Assembly (NCBI GenBank): GCA_963823665.1
Contig: CAWGMQ010000007.1
Location: 192,001-256,000, forward strand
Length of the DNA stretch: 64,000 nt
Source: an uncultured Planctomycetota bacterium
GTDB lineage: Bacteria; Planctomycetota; Planctomycetia; Isosphaerales; Isosphaeraceae
Reading direction: 5' to 3'
Position numbers and translations under genes: made by a program. The notes under the pieces were generated by a model. That model saw nothing but the letters and a program-made list of their open reading frames with translations. It ran no database searches and was not told the origin of the DNA. Shown piece after piece: positions 19,776 through 35,300 of this stretch. Each line of letters opens with the position of its first letter. Positions within the stretch are counted from its first letter, which is position 1.

Positions 19776-20003
19776 CGCGTTTCGAACCTCCGTCGCGTGA
19801 ACCGCGACGAACCGGGCTTGGGACGCAACGACATCACGGATGGTCTGGCGCGAAACCAAGTCGGGGAAGAAGATCACGAATGAGATCGGGTATGCGCGAG
19901 GTCATGTCAAGTTTGAATACCGTCGAATACTATATCGGCAGCCAGTCCAGGAATGTAGTCGTTGGTATCCCTTCACTCGCCCTGATTACAGCGGAGCCAA
20001 TCG

Positions 20004-22475
20004 ATGGACGCAACGCTGAAGACGCAAGCACCCCCTAGGGGCACCACGCCTTCGGGCGATTCCCAGGGCCAGGCCGCACCACTCTCGCCGGACGAGCTCC
20101 GCAAGCTCGACGCTTACTGGCGGGCCGCCAACTATCTCGCGGTTGGGCAGATCTACCTTCTCGACAACCCGCTCCTGAAGGAGCCGCTCAAACGTGAGCA
20201 CATCAAGCCGCGCCTGCTCGGCCACTGGGGCACCTCGCCTGGCCTCAACATGCTGTGCACCCACCTCAACCGGGTCATCAAGCGTGATGATCTGGATATG
20301 ATTTACATCATCGGGCCGGGGCATGGCGGCCCCTCATTGGTCGCTCACGCCTACCTGGAAGGGACTTACTCCGAGGTCTACCCGGAGATCAGTCAGGACG
20401 CCGATGGGATGCGGAAGCTGTTCAAACAGTTCAGCTTCCCGGGAGGCATCCCCAGCCATGTCGCGCCCGAGACGCCGGGCAGCATTCACGAAGGTGGCGA
20501 GCTTGGGTACGCCCTGAGCCACGCGTATGGGGCAGCATTCGACAACCCGGATCTGATCGTCGCCTGTGTCGTCGGCGACGGCGAGGCCGAGACCGGACCT
20601 CTCGCCACCGGCTGGCACGGCAACAAGTTCCTCAATCCGGCCCGAGACGGCTGCGTGCTCCCGATTCTTCACCTGAACGGGTACAAGATCGCCAACCCTT
20701 GCTTCCTCGCCCGCATCCCGCACGACGAGCTGCGGAAGTTCTTCGAGGGGATGGGTTACAGTCCGTACTTCGTTGAGGGGCACGACCCGGCAGCCGTCCA
20801 TCAGCGGCTCGCCGGGGTGCTCGACGAGGTCATGGCGGAGATAGGTCGGATCAAGGACGATGCCCGGACGAGGGGCAACCTCAAGCGACCGGCGTAGCCG
20901 ATGATCATTTTCCGCACGCCCAAGGGCTGGACGTGCCCCCCGGAGATCGACGGCAAGAAGTGTGAGGGCTACTGGCGGAGCCACCAGGTACCCATGGGCG
21001 AAATGGACAAGCCCGAGCACATTCGCATCCTCGAAGATTGGATGAAAAGCTACCGGCCCGAGGAGCTCTTCGACGCCACTGGCCGGCTCAATTCGGAGCT
21101 CGCCCTGCTGGCTCCGACGGGGCATCGCCGGATGAGCGACAACCCGCAGGCTAACGGCGGCCTGCTGCTGCGTGACCTCAAGATGCCCGACTTCCGCGAC
21201 TATGCCGTCGATGTCAAAGGCCCCGGCCAGACCACGGCGGAATCAGCCCGGGTGATGGGCAAGTTCTTGCGAGACGTCATGAAGCTGAACCTGGAGAGCC
21301 GCAACTTCCGCCTGTTCAGCCCGGACGAGAACAACTCGAACCGCTGGCAGGACGTCCTGGAAGTCACCAATCGCTGCTACATGGCCGAGATCTACCCCGA
21401 GGACGACAAGCTCAGCCCTGACGGCCGTGTGATGGAAGTCTTGAGCGAACACCAGTGCCAGGGGTGGCTCGAAGGCTATCTGCTGACCGGGCGGCACGGC
21501 TTCTTCTCGTGTTACGAGGCGTTCATCCACATCATCGACTCGATGTTCAACCAGCACGCCAAGTGGCTGAAGGTGTGCAACCACATTCCCTGGCGCCGGC
21601 CGATCGCCTCGTTCAACTACTTCCTCAGCTCGCACGTCTGGCGGCAGGATCACAACGGCTTCAGCCATCAGGATCCCGGTTTCATCGATCATGTCGTCAA
21701 CAAGAAGGCGGAGGTGGTCCGCGTCTACCTGCCTCCCGACGCGAACTGCCTGCTCTCGGTCACTGACCATTGCCTCCGCAGCCGTAACTACGTCAACGTC
21801 GTGGTCGCCGGCAAGCAGCCGGCGCCGCAGTGGCTGACGATGGATCAGGCCGTCAAGCACTGCACCAAGGGGCTGGGAATCTGGGAGTGGGCCAGCAACG
21901 ACAAGGGGAGCGAGCCCGACGTCGTCATGGGCTGCTGCGGGGACGTGCCGACCCTCGAGACGCTTGCGGCGGTCGAACTGATTCGCCGGCATCTGCCCGA
22001 GCTCAAGGTCCGCGTGATCAACGTCGTGGACTTGATGACGCTGCAGCCCTGCAGCGAGCATCCGCACGGCTTGTCGAACGCCGACTTCGACGCCCTGTTC
22101 ACGAAGGACAAACCGATCATCTTCGCCTTCCATGGCTACCCGTGGCTCATCCACCGGCTGACCTACCGGAGAACAAACCATAAGAACCTTCACGTCCGAG
22201 GCTACAAGGAAGAGGGCACGACGACCACGCCGTTCGACATGGTGGTCTTGAACGACCTCGACAGGTTCCACCTGGTGCAGGACGTGATCGATCGGCTCCC
22301 GCAGCTCGGCTCCCGCGCGGCCTACTTCAAGCAGGCGATCCACGAGAAGCTGATCGAGCACAAGGAGTACATCGAACGACACGGCGATGACATTCCGGCA
22401 ATCAGTGGCTGGAAGTGGGGGCTGAAACCGTCGTCGGGCCCACGCGCCACATCCACGGAAGGGGACAACGTCTAG
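20004..22475 (+). CDS. xfp: Xylulose-5-P/fructose-6-P phosphoketolase with one in-frame TAG (20895-20897)
   Basis: [26 protein letters not shown] motif [41 protein letters not shown]. Both halves are in the same frame and the TAG sits at the Trp of RP.WPMII.RTPKGWT. Confidence 0.92.
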
Positions 22476-22575
22476 AGTCGGGAACCACGCCCCCCAACCT
22501 CCGGAGTGAGTCGAGCCGACGATTGCCAGTCTGTTTCGACCCGCGGGGCGGACAACAGAACAGAGCGAGGTCATC

Positions 22576-24696
22576 GTGTCCGTCGTCAAGCAGACCCAGC
22601 CAGGTACCCTCCCGGATGCCTCCGCCAAGACCATCGGCCGAAGCTGCCCCCTGGGCGCTACCGTCATTGACGGCGGCGTCAACTTCAGCCTGTTCTCACG
22701 GACCGCCGCCGGCGTGGAGCTCTTGTTCTTTGATCGGGACGACGCTACCCCGTCCCGCGTAGTCCGGATCGATCCGGCGACCAACCGGACCTACCACTAC
22801 TGGCACGTGTTTGTGCCGGGGGTCTCGCCGGGACAGATCTACGGCTATCGGGTCGAAGGGGTGTCGGACCCCGAGCGCGGGCTCCGGTTCGACCCCGCCA
22901 AAGTCCTGCTGGACCCGTACGCCCGGGGCGTGGTCGTCCCCAAGGCTTTCGACCGAGAGGGCGCGAGACGCGAAGGCGATAATGCGGCGACGGCGATGAA
23001 GAGTGTGGTCGTCGACCCGCACGCTTACGACTGGGAGGGAGACCTTCCACTCTACCGGCCCTCGTCACGCACCATCATCTATGAGATGCACGTCCGCGGA
23101 TTCAGTCGCCACCCGAGTTCCGGGGTCCGTGAGAAGACCAGGGGCACGTTCGCGGGCCTGATCGAGAAGATCCCCTATCTCCGGGAGCTCGGCATCACCG
23201 CCGTCGAGCTGCTTCCGGTGTTCGCGTTCGACGCCCAGGCTTGTCCGCCGGGGCTAGTCAACTACTGGGGATACCAGCCTGTCTCCTTCTTCGCGCCGCA
23301 CCCGGCTTATAGCTCGCAAAGCGACGCGCTCGGCCCTGTGAACGAGTTCCGCGACATGGTGAAGGCGCTTCACCGGGCTGGAATTGAGGTCATCCTCGAC
23401 GTGGTGTTCAACCACACCGCCGAAGGCGATCGCACCGGTCCGACGCTCTGTTTCCGCGGGATCGACAACCCGACCTACTACATTCTCGACGGGGACGGAT
23501 CCCGGTACGCCGACTACACCGGCTGCGGGAATACGCTGAACGGCAATCATCCGATCGTTCGCCGCATGATCTTGGACAGTTTGCGCTACTGGGTTGAGAA
23601 AATGCACGTTGACGGCTTCCGGTTCGACCTCGCGTCGATCCTGGCCCGCGACCCCGCGGGGCGTCCAATGCCGAACCCGCCGGTCCTCTGGGATATCGAG
23701 TCGGACCCGGCCCTGGCCGGTACGAAGCTCATCGCCGAGGCGTGGGACGCGGCCGGGCTTTACCAGGTCGGGAGCTTCGTCGGCGACTCCTGGAGGGAGT
23801 GGAACGGCCGATTCCGCGACGATATCCGCGACTTCTTCCGCGGCGAACGCGGATCAGTGCGCCGCGCGGCCGACCGGCTGGTCGGGAGCCCCGAAATCTA
23901 TGGCCACAAGGGCCGCGAGGCTGAGCAGAGCATCAATTTCGTGACCTGCCACGACGGCTTCACCCTCAATGACCTCGTCTCCTACAACCAGAAGCACAAC
24001 GAATCGAACGGCGAGCACAACCGCGACGGCGCCGACGACAATCGAAGCTGGAACTGCGGAGTCGAAGGTCCGACCGATGATCCCGCGGTCGAGAGGCTGC
24101 GGAGCCGGCAGATGAAGAACTACCTCACGGTCACCATGATGTCCCTGGGTGTGCCCATGATCCTCATGGGAGACGAGGCCCGGCGCACTCAAGCAGGCAA
24201 CAACAACGCCTATTGCCATGATGACGAGAGCACCTGGTTCGACTGGACACTCCCGGCCAAGCATGCCGAAGTCAACCGCTTCGTGAGCCTTCTGGCCGCG
24301 AGGCGCTCGCTGCGCGACGTGGAGCACGAGCGGCAGCGCGTGAGCCTGAGCTCCTTCTTGCGGGACCCGAGCAGGGCCTGGCACGGCGTGAAGCTGCATG
24401 AGCCGGATTGGGGGGACTCTTCACACAGCATTGCCCTGGGCGCGATGCTTCGCGGGGAGGGGCTGCTTTTCCACTTCATCCTGAACGCGTACTGGGAGCC
24501 GCTCGAGTTCGAGTTGCCGAGGGCTGGTGAAGGGAGCTCGTGGCGACGATGGATCGACACGGCCCTCGAATCGCCGCACGACATCGTCCCGTGGGAGTCG
24601 GCACCGACGGTCTCGGGCAGCTCCTATCGAGTCGAAGCCCGCTCGGTCGTGTTTCTGTACGCGGCCGCCCCATCTGCGGTTGGTCTTTCAACTTGA
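22576..24696 (+). CDS. glgX: Glycogen debranching enzyme / isoamylase (GH13)
   Basis: PLGAT, NYWGY, DVVFNHTAEG, DGFRFDLAS, AEAWD, NFVTCHDGFTL, GNNNAYC. Confidence 0.95.
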   Translation: MSVVKQTQPGTLPDASAKTIGRSCPLGATVIDGGVNFSLFSRTAAGVELLFFDRDDATPSRVVRIDPATNRTYHYWHVFVPGVSPGQIYGYRVEGVSDPERGLRFDPAKVLLDPYARGVVVPKAFDREGARREGDNAATAMKSVVVDPHAYDWEGDLPLYRPSSRTIIYEMHVRGFSRHPSSGVREKTRGTFAGLIEKIPYLRELGITAVELLPVFAFDAQACPPGLVNYWGYQPVSFFAPHPAYSSQSDALGPVNEFRDMVKALHRAGIEVILDVVFNHTAEGDRTGPTLCFRGIDNPTYYILDGDGSRYADYTGCGNTLNGNHPIVRRMILDSLRYWVEKMHVDGFRFDLASILARDPAGRPMPNPPVLWDIESDPALAGTKLIAEAWDAAGLYQVGSFVGDSWREWNGRFRDDIRDFFRGERGSVRRAADRLVGSPEIYGHKGREAEQSINFVTCHDGFTLNDLVSYNQKHNESNGEHNRDGADDNRSWNCGVEGPTDDPAVERLRSRQMKNYLTVTMMSLGVPMILMGDEARRTQAGNNNAYCHDDESTWFDWTLPAKHAEVNRFVSLLAARRSLRDVEHERQRVSLSSFLRDPSRAWHGVKLHEPDWGDSSHSIALGAMLRGEGLLFHFILNAYWEPLEFELPRAGEGSSWRRWIDTALESPHDIVPWESAPTVSGSSYRVEARSVVFLYAAAPSAVGLST

Positions 24697-24766
24697 CGCG
24701 TTGCCCTGCGACCACCGCGCCACGTTCTCGTAAACCACGTTCGGCTGGGAGGGGCAAGCACACCGG

Positions 24767-27506
<2,740 letters not shown>

Positions 27507-28049
27507 GAGTGCCTGCTTTGGCTCTCGCCGAGATCATGGAAGGGAGATCAAGAAGTGGAAGTGCACTTATTCAATATAACGTCAATGATCGCCTTGGCTC
27601 TACCGATTTCAGCGATTGTCCTGCATTTCAAAGACTGGCCCCCGGCGAATCGCGCATTCCCGTAATTCCCTGCCAGATCGCATTTCAGGAAAGTTCTGCG
27701 AATTCGTCAGCACCGGACCCCGCAAGACTCATCGTTCGCCCGACCGGCTATCGCCGACGCGTCTGAGTGCGTCATCGCGTGCGGCTGGAAAGGCCCGGGC
27801 GGCGAGCGGTCGGCGTGAGCAGGCGTTGAGCCCCGGCGCGGCGTCGGATCTCATCCCGTGATAATTCCTCCCTTGCACACTACTTGCGTGCTATGATCGA
27901 GCATCGGTGAGTAACACGTCCCCCCGCCGAGACAGACACATTCAGCGGCCGGCAGAGACCAGATTGTCGCGCTTTCATGCTCCGTTGTTTTCTGAAGCCC
28001 GGGATGGGTCCTTCGGAATCGATGGGGTGAATCGAGAGGAGAGGGTGAG

Positions 28050-30134
28050 ATGCCTCGACTCGGACTGGCACTCTCCGGCGGTGGACTGCGGGCCACCCTG
28101 TTTCATCTTGGCGTCGTCCGCTTCCTGCGTGATGCGGGCCTGCTCCGAGAGGTGACGCACATCGTCTCGGTCTCGGGCGGCAGCATTCTGGGTGCCCACC
28201 TCGCGCTCAACTGGGGGCGCTACAACGGCTCGGCGGCGGACTTCGAGGCGGCGGCCGCGAAGATTATCGCCTTCGTCCAGTCCGACGCCCGAAACCAGAT
28301 CGCCCGGCGTATCCCGTTCCTCGTCCCGATCCGCTCCCTCCGGCGACTCGCCCTCCGCGGGCCGAGCCGCACCGTCACGCCGACGGGGCTGCTCGAGAAG
28401 CTCTATGCGAAGCAGCTCTATGGCGACGCTCGCGTGCATCAGCTTCCGGAAACGCCGGAGCTGCACCTCCTCACCACGAACATGAGCGAGGGGAGCCTCT
28501 GCTCGTTCACGAGGGCCGGCCTGATCATGCAGCATCGGACAAGCGGGGGAACCAAGGTCGAGACCCTGCCGGCCCGGCTGACGCCGGTCGCGCTGGCGGT
28601 CACGGCCTCCTCGGCCTTTCCCGGGTTCTTCCCCCCCGCGCTGATCACGGCCGACGATCTCGGCCTCTCCGATGGCGAGTTCCCACCGCAGACGTTCACC
28701 GACGGCGGCGTGTACGACAACCTGGGCGTCCGGGTCTTCGACCTGCTCGAGCACCTCGACCCGTCGCTCGATCAGATCCTCGTGAGCGACGTCGGCAAGC
28801 CGTTCAGTATCGTCCGTGCCCATTCGCTGGGCATGATCGGCCGGGCGATGCGGGCCTCGGACATCCTCTGGGATCGCGTCGGGCAGCTCGAGCAGCAGAA
28901 GTTCCAGGACGATCCCCGCTTCCTGTTCGTCGCGGCACTGGACCGCGTCGACTTGAGGGACGATCCGACTGCGCTCCACCCGGTGATCCAGGCAGAGGTC
29001 GCCCAGATTCGGACGGACCTCGATCGGTTCTCACCGGTGGATATCTCCGCGCTGGTACAGCACGGGTACTGCGTGGCCCGCAAGCAGTGCCGGACCCGCC
29101 CCGACCTCTACGGGTCGAACTTACCATCCACACCGCCGTGGGACCCGATGAAGGGTTCCGATGAGACCGTTTCGCAGCACGCCTCGAAGGCTCTCAGCAA
29201 GGAGGAACTGTCGCGGGATGATTCTCCGCCCGTGACCGCCCTCGTGACCCGGCAGGCCCAGCAGCTCCGCGACTCGGCCGGCCGTCGCGTCTGGAGCACC
29301 CTGCTCGATCTCCGCGACTGGCCCACCTACGTCTACATCCCCCTCCTGTTCCTGCTCCTCGTCGTCCTCCCCGTCTATCTCTACCGCTACCGCCGCCAGG
29401 CGAACACCAATGCCACGATCGTCAAGGCGATCACCGAAGGCAGCCCTGACTTCCGCAAGATCCTCGACATTGTGCAACACAGCACCACGCCCGCATGGAC
29501 CCCGCTGCCCGTCCAGGAGGTTTCCCAGGCGTCGCCAAAATTAGACTACAGCGGGTTTGACTTTGTGAGCGACACCGCCATCGTCGACCTGCGGGACTGG
29601 CGATCGAAGACCCAGGACGTGGCGCACTACTACCGGAGGGTCCACATCCGGAGACGGGCGAGCGCGGACCACGTGGTCCTCCAGTACCCTCGCCTCCCCT
29701 TCGACCGGATCGACTTTCACGCCGGGCCGGAGAAGCTGAAGCCCGTCGTCCGCCGGGTCCCTCCCGAGACCCCGGAGGGGAAGACGACCTGGGAACTCGA
29801 ATTCGACTTGTCGGGCGTACGGCCCGGAGGTACCACCGATATCGAAATCGAGGCGACCATCCACGACTTCGAGGCACGCAAGGGCAAGCGCGAGAACTGG
29901 CTGCGCTACTCACCGCCTGCCGCGACGGAGCAAGCCTCCGTATGGGTGCTCTTCCCGGAATCTCGACCGTACAAGGACTACCGCCTCATCCGCTACGCCA
30001 CGGCCGACCCCTCCAAGCCCGAGCAGATCGAGACGCAGTACACGATCGACCACCCCTACGGCTCGATCATCGCCTGGTCGATCGTGAACGCCGAGGTGGG
30101 CTACGTTTACGAGTGCGAGTGGACGACGGAGTGA
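28050..30134 (+). CDS. Patatin-like phospholipase with a TM helix and C-terminal beta-rich domain
   Basis: GLALSGGGLRA oxyanion loop, SVSGGS nucleophile, ASSAFP, DGGVYDN; TM YIPLLFLLLVVLPVYLY followed by about 240 aa. Confidence 0.88.
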   Translation: MPRLGLALSGGGLRATLFHLGVVRFLRDAGLLREVTHIVSVSGGSILGAHLALNWGRYNGSAADFEAAAAKIIAFVQSDARNQIARRIPFLVPIRSLRRLALRGPSRTVTPTGLLEKLYAKQLYGDARVHQLPETPELHLLTTNMSEGSLCSFTRAGLIMQHRTSGGTKVETLPARLTPVALAVTASSAFPGFFPPALITADDLGLSDGEFPPQTFTDGGVYDNLGVRVFDLLEHLDPSLDQILVSDVGKPFSIVRAHSLGMIGRAMRASDILWDRVGQLEQQKFQDDPRFLFVAALDRVDLRDDPTALHPVIQAEVAQIRTDLDRFSPVDISALVQHGYCVARKQCRTRPDLYGSNLPSTPPWDPMKGSDETVSQHASKALSKEELSRDDSPPVTALVTRQAQQLRDSAGRRVWSTLLDLRDWPTYVYIPLLFLLLVVLPVYLYRYRRQANTNATIVKAITEGSPDFRKILDIVQHSTTPAWTPLPVQEVSQASPKLDYSGFDFVSDTAIVDLRDWRSKTQDVAHYYRRVHIRRRASADHVVLQYPRLPFDRIDFHAGPEKLKPVVRRVPPETPEGKTTWELEFDLSGVRPGGTTDIEIEATIHDFEARKGKRENWLRYSPPAATEQASVWVLFPESRPYKDYRLIRYATADPSKPEQIETQYTIDHPYGSIIAWSIVNAEVGYVYECEWTTE

Positions 30135-30170
30135 GCCTCCTCGCGCCGTGCTTACTGAAACGACCCCCGC

Positions 30171-30199
30171 TTGACCCTCGAGAGCGCACCCGTTAGCAT
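30171..30199 (+). promoter_or_regulatory. Putative sigma70 promoter for the redoxin gene
   Basis: TTGACC-N17-TAGCAT, about 50 nt upstream of ATG30248. Confidence 0.5.
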
Positions 30200-30247
30200 A
30201 GGACATCTGTCGTACATCGCTGGAGTTCTTCTCGAAAGGAGCCGGAG

Positions 30248-31608
30248 ATGACCACTGCGAGACCAGGGACCTGGGTGGCGGCTTGTGTGGTGATTTCCGC
30301 TTGCTCCGGCTCGCTCAAAGCGGGCGAGGTGCCGAGGTACTCTCCCAGGCCCGGTCAGGTGCTCACGTACGAGGAGAATCAGACGTTCAAAGGCAAGGGA
30401 GAGAACTCCGCATACCGGACGACGTGGCGGATCTGGGTCGTGGGAAAGAACGACGACGGCAGCTTCCGCATGGTCGTGCGCGAGGCGATGAAGGCGCTGG
30501 GGCAGGGAGCCGTTTCCGTGAACCAGGACGAAATGGTAAGCCTCGCCCGCATCGACCTCTATCCCGACGGTACCGTTCCGCGCACACCCTTGCTTGGCAC
30601 GCGATTCGACCCCTCGCATCTCTTTCCGCGATTGCCAGGCAATGACAAGGAATGCACCTCCGGCTGGAAGGCACACGACGACCGCGACGATGCCACGACG
30701 CAATATGAGCCGATCGCGCCAAGCAGAGCGACGAGGGAGCGACGGTCGATTTTGTCGCGGATCAGAGCTCGTACATGGAAAAGATCTATGAGGGGAAAGA
30801 CCGGCGCACGTTCCACTTCGACCGGGGCAAGGGCCTGGTGGTCCGCGCCGAGATCGAGCGAGAGTTTGGCTCGCACATGAACAGTAAGGGCACCGGGACG
30901 CTCGAGTTGAAGTCGATCGAGGAGCTTGAGCCGGCGAAACTGGCAACGTTCCGCGATGAAATGAACCGGGCGTTCGAGACGATCGAGGCTTATCGCAAGA
31001 TATACCGCCACTCGCCCAAATCCGGCGGCGAGGCGGAGCAGCTTTTGAACAAAGCCCGCTCGGTGCTGGCCGATGCACGGGCCAAGCTGACGGTTCCCGA
31101 GGCCGTCGCCGCGATCGACGACCAGCTCAAGAACCACAATCAGTTTGCCCCGTACCAGGTGGAGGAAGCGAAACGATTCGCCGAACTTATCGGCCATGCG
31201 GCACCGGTATGGGAGGTAAAGGACCTTGAAGGCAAGACGCACACGCTCGAGCAATACCGCGGCAAGGTGCTGGTTCTCGACTTCTGGTACCGCGGCTGCG
31301 GCTGGTGCATGCGGGCGATGCCGCAGGTGAAGGAGGTTGCCAGGCACTACCGCGGCCGCCCGGTCGCCGTGTTCGGCATGAACAACGATGGCAAGGAAGA
31401 GGACGCGAAGTTCGTCGTGGAAAAGATGGAGCTGGAATATCCCGTGCTCCGCTCGAACGAGTTACCCGGCAAGTACGGAGTAAAGGGATTTCCGACTCTG
31501 ATGGTGATCGACCAGCAAGGCAAGGTCGCCGACGTGCACATCGGATATTCGGATCATCTGTTCGAAGACGTGACGGCGACCGTTGATAAATTGCTGGCGG
31601 CGAAGTAG
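30248..31608 (+). CDS. Secreted TlpA/redoxin-domain protein (frameshift near 30720-30775)
   Basis: Signal peptide; C-terminal YRGKVLVLDFWYRGCGWC...YGVKGFPTLMVID thioredoxin-like fold. Confidence 0.8.
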
Positions 31609-31642
31609 GTGCGACCAGAATCTCACGCAAATGCGCAATCGC

Positions 31643-32037
31643 TCATTCCGGCGCGCCTAGCAATCGCAGTTTTCCGCCGTGGGTGTGCAATTCCTTGGCC
31701 GTCGCAAATCAGCACAGTCCGGCTTCACGCTGAGTTTTTTGAACGCTTGGATCACCGCCGGGGCTTCTCGGAAGGTGAGCAGACCCGGAACATACGGGAA
31801 CCTCGCCTCGGCGAGCACCCCCGAGCGATCAAGCACCTCGAAAGTGCCGGCTTGCAGAACGACCACAGCGGCGTGAAGCCACCTGGCGCGCTTGTCGTAC
31901 GAGACGTCTGCGCCGGCGATTGTTTTGTAGGATTTGAGCGGACGCGTTGTGTCGATCTGGGCCGCCAGGCGCATTTGCAGTTCGCGGGCTTCGGTCGTGG
32001 TTACGTCCCAGGAGTGGAGCTCGCGCTCTTGCCGCAT
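31643..32037 (-). pseudogene. nfi: Internally deleted second copy of endonuclease V
   Basis: Matches 41075-41776 from ELHSWD to GIAHPRR, then jumps straight to the C-terminal LRLLGAPE*; one additional frameshift. Confidence 0.85.
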
Positions 32038-32097
32038 TGTCGTCTCGACCGTAAGACCAGAGCTCTTCGATTGCTCCGCGGTTGATGAATCACCTGG

Positions 32098-32321
32098 CTA
32101 CACTGCCGGCGCGGGGATGGCACCACGGCGGAGGAAGAGCGCCAAAAGAGCGTAGTAACCGATCGCTATCCCGATCAGGGCGTTGAAACCGAACATCAAG
32201 GAGAGATACGCCGTCAGGCCCCCCAGGATGATGGCGCCGACGTTCGATCCAAAATCGACATCGGGCCGCGCACTGCGCGAAACAATGTGCCGAAGATCAC
32301 ACCGGCGAAGAACACCGGAAG
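32098..32321 (-). pseudogene. 3' fragment of the spermidine-synthase-like membrane protein gene
   Basis: PVFFAGVIFGTLF...PDVDFGSNVG.IILGGL..YLSL.FGFNALIGIAIGYY, homologous to 41808-42032. Confidence 0.85.
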
Positions 32322-32375
32322 GAGGCGCTCCGAGGTCACTGGAGCATCGAGTCAATGCACTGGGCGATGGGTCGC

Positions 32376-35300
32376 TCATCGTTTGGCCCTGCGTGAGGGT
32401 GAATCGGGCCGCGATTCACGAGCCCGGCACGCGAAGGATGGTATCAGAATGAGCGCGGCGGAGGCCAAGGCCTTCAGTCCGGCGCCGATGCGATCCAACA
32501 GGGCCGGTGCCGGCGTGCCGGCATCGCCGCGACCGGGCTCGCTGAATTGACCGGTCGTTCCTCCGTCCCTCAAACCAGAGCCGCGCGGCGGCTCGTCCCG
32601 TGCGGCCCCCGCGTCCTGGACCTTCAATCGACCCACTGGATCAGGGGCACGCACGCGCGATCCCCCGCTTAGTCGAGGCCAGAAAAGGTCCTCGCTCCAG
32701 GGATCGTGCGAGGGAGCGAAAGCCCCTGACAGGGTTGATTCCCCTGAGCGACGATAGTCGCCGAGCGCCTCGTCGATCCCGACGATCAGACGCCACAGCG
32801 GCGACGTGTCGCCGATCGGATATTTCGCCGAAAGCTCAGGCATGCGTCCCATGCCAGTGCTGGCTTCCTCGCCGTACCCGAATCCGAATTCGAGTACTGG
32901 CACGTTCAAATACGAATTGCCCTCCATCGCGACCAGAATCGCGACGCTCGCTCCTTTCACGAGCGTGCTCACCAGCGACGTGAACCCGCCGAGCGACAAC
33001 CCCACCGACACTCCGCCTCCGGGCGCCGCGGAAACCGCGGTCGATGACGACGACGTGCTCGCGGTGGACGACGATTCGGTCGTGCTCGACTCGCTCGAGC
33101 TCGTCAGCAGGAAAGCGGCCTGATTGAGCGAAAAACCCGCAGTCGCGGACGACGGTACGCCAGTTGTGGGGAACACCCCTCCGGATGGCGTGAACGTTCC
33201 CGGAGTGAAAGCCCCCGCCGCCTGTGACGCGTACACGTAGATGGTGTCGGAGCCTTGGCTGCTCACCAGCACGTCGAAGCTCCCGCTCGCGTTCTTGAGC
33301 ACATCAATCGAGCTGGGCAAGGCGGGCGTTCCCCCCTGTGCTTGCAATTGCGCCGAGACGATCAGGCCGTCTCCCTGCGGGGCGAGGAGATCGACGGCGC
33401 CGCTGGCCAGCGCCACCACGACCTGTCCGCTCGACGGGGCTTCCGCCGCGAGCACTTGTTCACCGGAGAACACCGCGCGGGCGCCGGCTGAGGGGTCGTT
33501 CAAAGCGAACCGGACCAGGTTTCCGGTGGCCGTCACCGCGTAGCCCAATTCCGAGTTTGCAACGAAGCTTGGAGGCTGCACCACCGCGCCGCCCAGGTTG
33601 AACAGCGTCCGCGGATGCTGGTCGTCAAAGAATCCGCCGCCGACGCCGGGCAACAGAATCACCGTGCCGCTGCCGCCATTGACGACCGCCAGGTCGAGGA
33701 CACCGTTGCCGGTCAGGTCGACCGCTTGGACCGCGATCGGGCCGTCGCCGCCGGACTTGAGGCGCGGGCCGGGGGTGCCGACCCAGTCGCCCTCGGCGTC
33801 GTACGAACCGAACAAGACCGAAATGTCATTGCTGCCCTGGTTGGCGATCAGCATGTCGGGGATATCGTCGCCGTTGATATCGGCCACGGTGACGCTCGCC
33901 GGCGCGGTACCGACAAAATAGGTCCGTGGCGGCGCGAAGGTGGGCACGCCATCGGTGATCGACAGGGTCCGATAGACCAGCACGGCATTGCTGCCGGTGC
34001 TCACCACGATGGCGTCGGGCAAGGTCGAGCCCTCGTCGAGGTACGCCCACTCCACGAACCCCGGCGCCAGTTGCGACGGCGAGGCGCCGCCGAGCGTCGA
34101 GACGGTCGTGTACTGGCCGCTTTTGCCCGATGGAGCCTGGACGCTTACGCGGTTGTCAGCCTGGTTGGCCACCAGCACGCCCGCCTCGCCGGCGCCGAGC
34201 AGGTTGGGGACCACGGACAGCGAAACGCGTTCGCCGCTGATCTGGAACGTGCCGTCCCCCTTGCCGTCCAGGATAAGGACGTCGCCGAAGCTGTTGCCCA
34301 CAAGCAGATTGAATAGCCCCGGGCCATTTCCGGGGACCAGGGCGAGTCCGGTGGCCTGGTTGCCGATGGCGATGCTGAACGTGTGCTGGAACGTGCCGTT
34401 GCCCTCGTTGGTGTAGATCCAGACCTGGCCGGTGTCTTCCATCAACACGGCGAGATCGAGCTTGCCGCCCTTGTGGAAGTCACCGGCTACGATGGCGCCG
34501 GGCTGGTTGTTGGCTCCGGCCGCGTCGCTGGTCGAGGTCGTCATCGCCAGGGTCGGGTCGAGGAAGCCGCCCTGGCCGTCGCCGGGGAGCACGTTGAAGC
34601 TATGCGTGCCGCGATCGACCACCACCAGGTCGGCCTGGCCGCTGCCGAGGACGTTGCCGCTTACCAGGCTGACCGGCAGCGAATCGCCCTTGGTGTCAGC
34701 GACGGAGATGTCCGAGGGCGTCCCGCCGACGGGGACCGTGGTCGGTGCCGCGAAATAGGGGGGTGCGAACTGACCCGGCGCCAAGGGGCCGACGAAGGGC
34801 TGCGCCGGGTATTGCAATGCGATGGTCACGCTACCGTTCAACGAGTTCGCGGCGATCAGGTCATCGAGGCCGTTGCCGTTGAGGTCGGCGGCGGTCAGGA
34901 CCGTGGGCTACGCCGTGGTCGAGAACGCGACGCTGCTGCTGGTACTGCCGTTGCGCGCAACCCGATAGATCGTGACAGCGTAGACAAAGCCGCTCTTCTA
35001 GAGTGCGGGGTCGGGGAGAGAGCCGGCGGCGGCAATCGCGTAGCCGTTCGCGGTATCGATAATGGCGATGGCCCGCGCCGGGGCGCCGGGATTGAGGATC
35101 ACGGGCGGCGCGAAGGTATTGGACGCGCCCGGCAAGGCCCGGCGATAGAGGATATCTCCCGAGCCGTCGACGATCACGCTGTCGAGCAGGCCGTCGCCGG
35201 TGAGGTCGACCAGAAACGGCGTGTTGCTCTGGCCGACGGCCGTGGCCTGCGACGCGGTCACGAAGGAATCCGCACCGATGTTCAATTGCACGCCGATCTG

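Noticed and set aside
28050..30134. CBASS CapV-type operon
   Set aside because: No CD-NTase or other CBASS genes adjacent, and the architecture differs.
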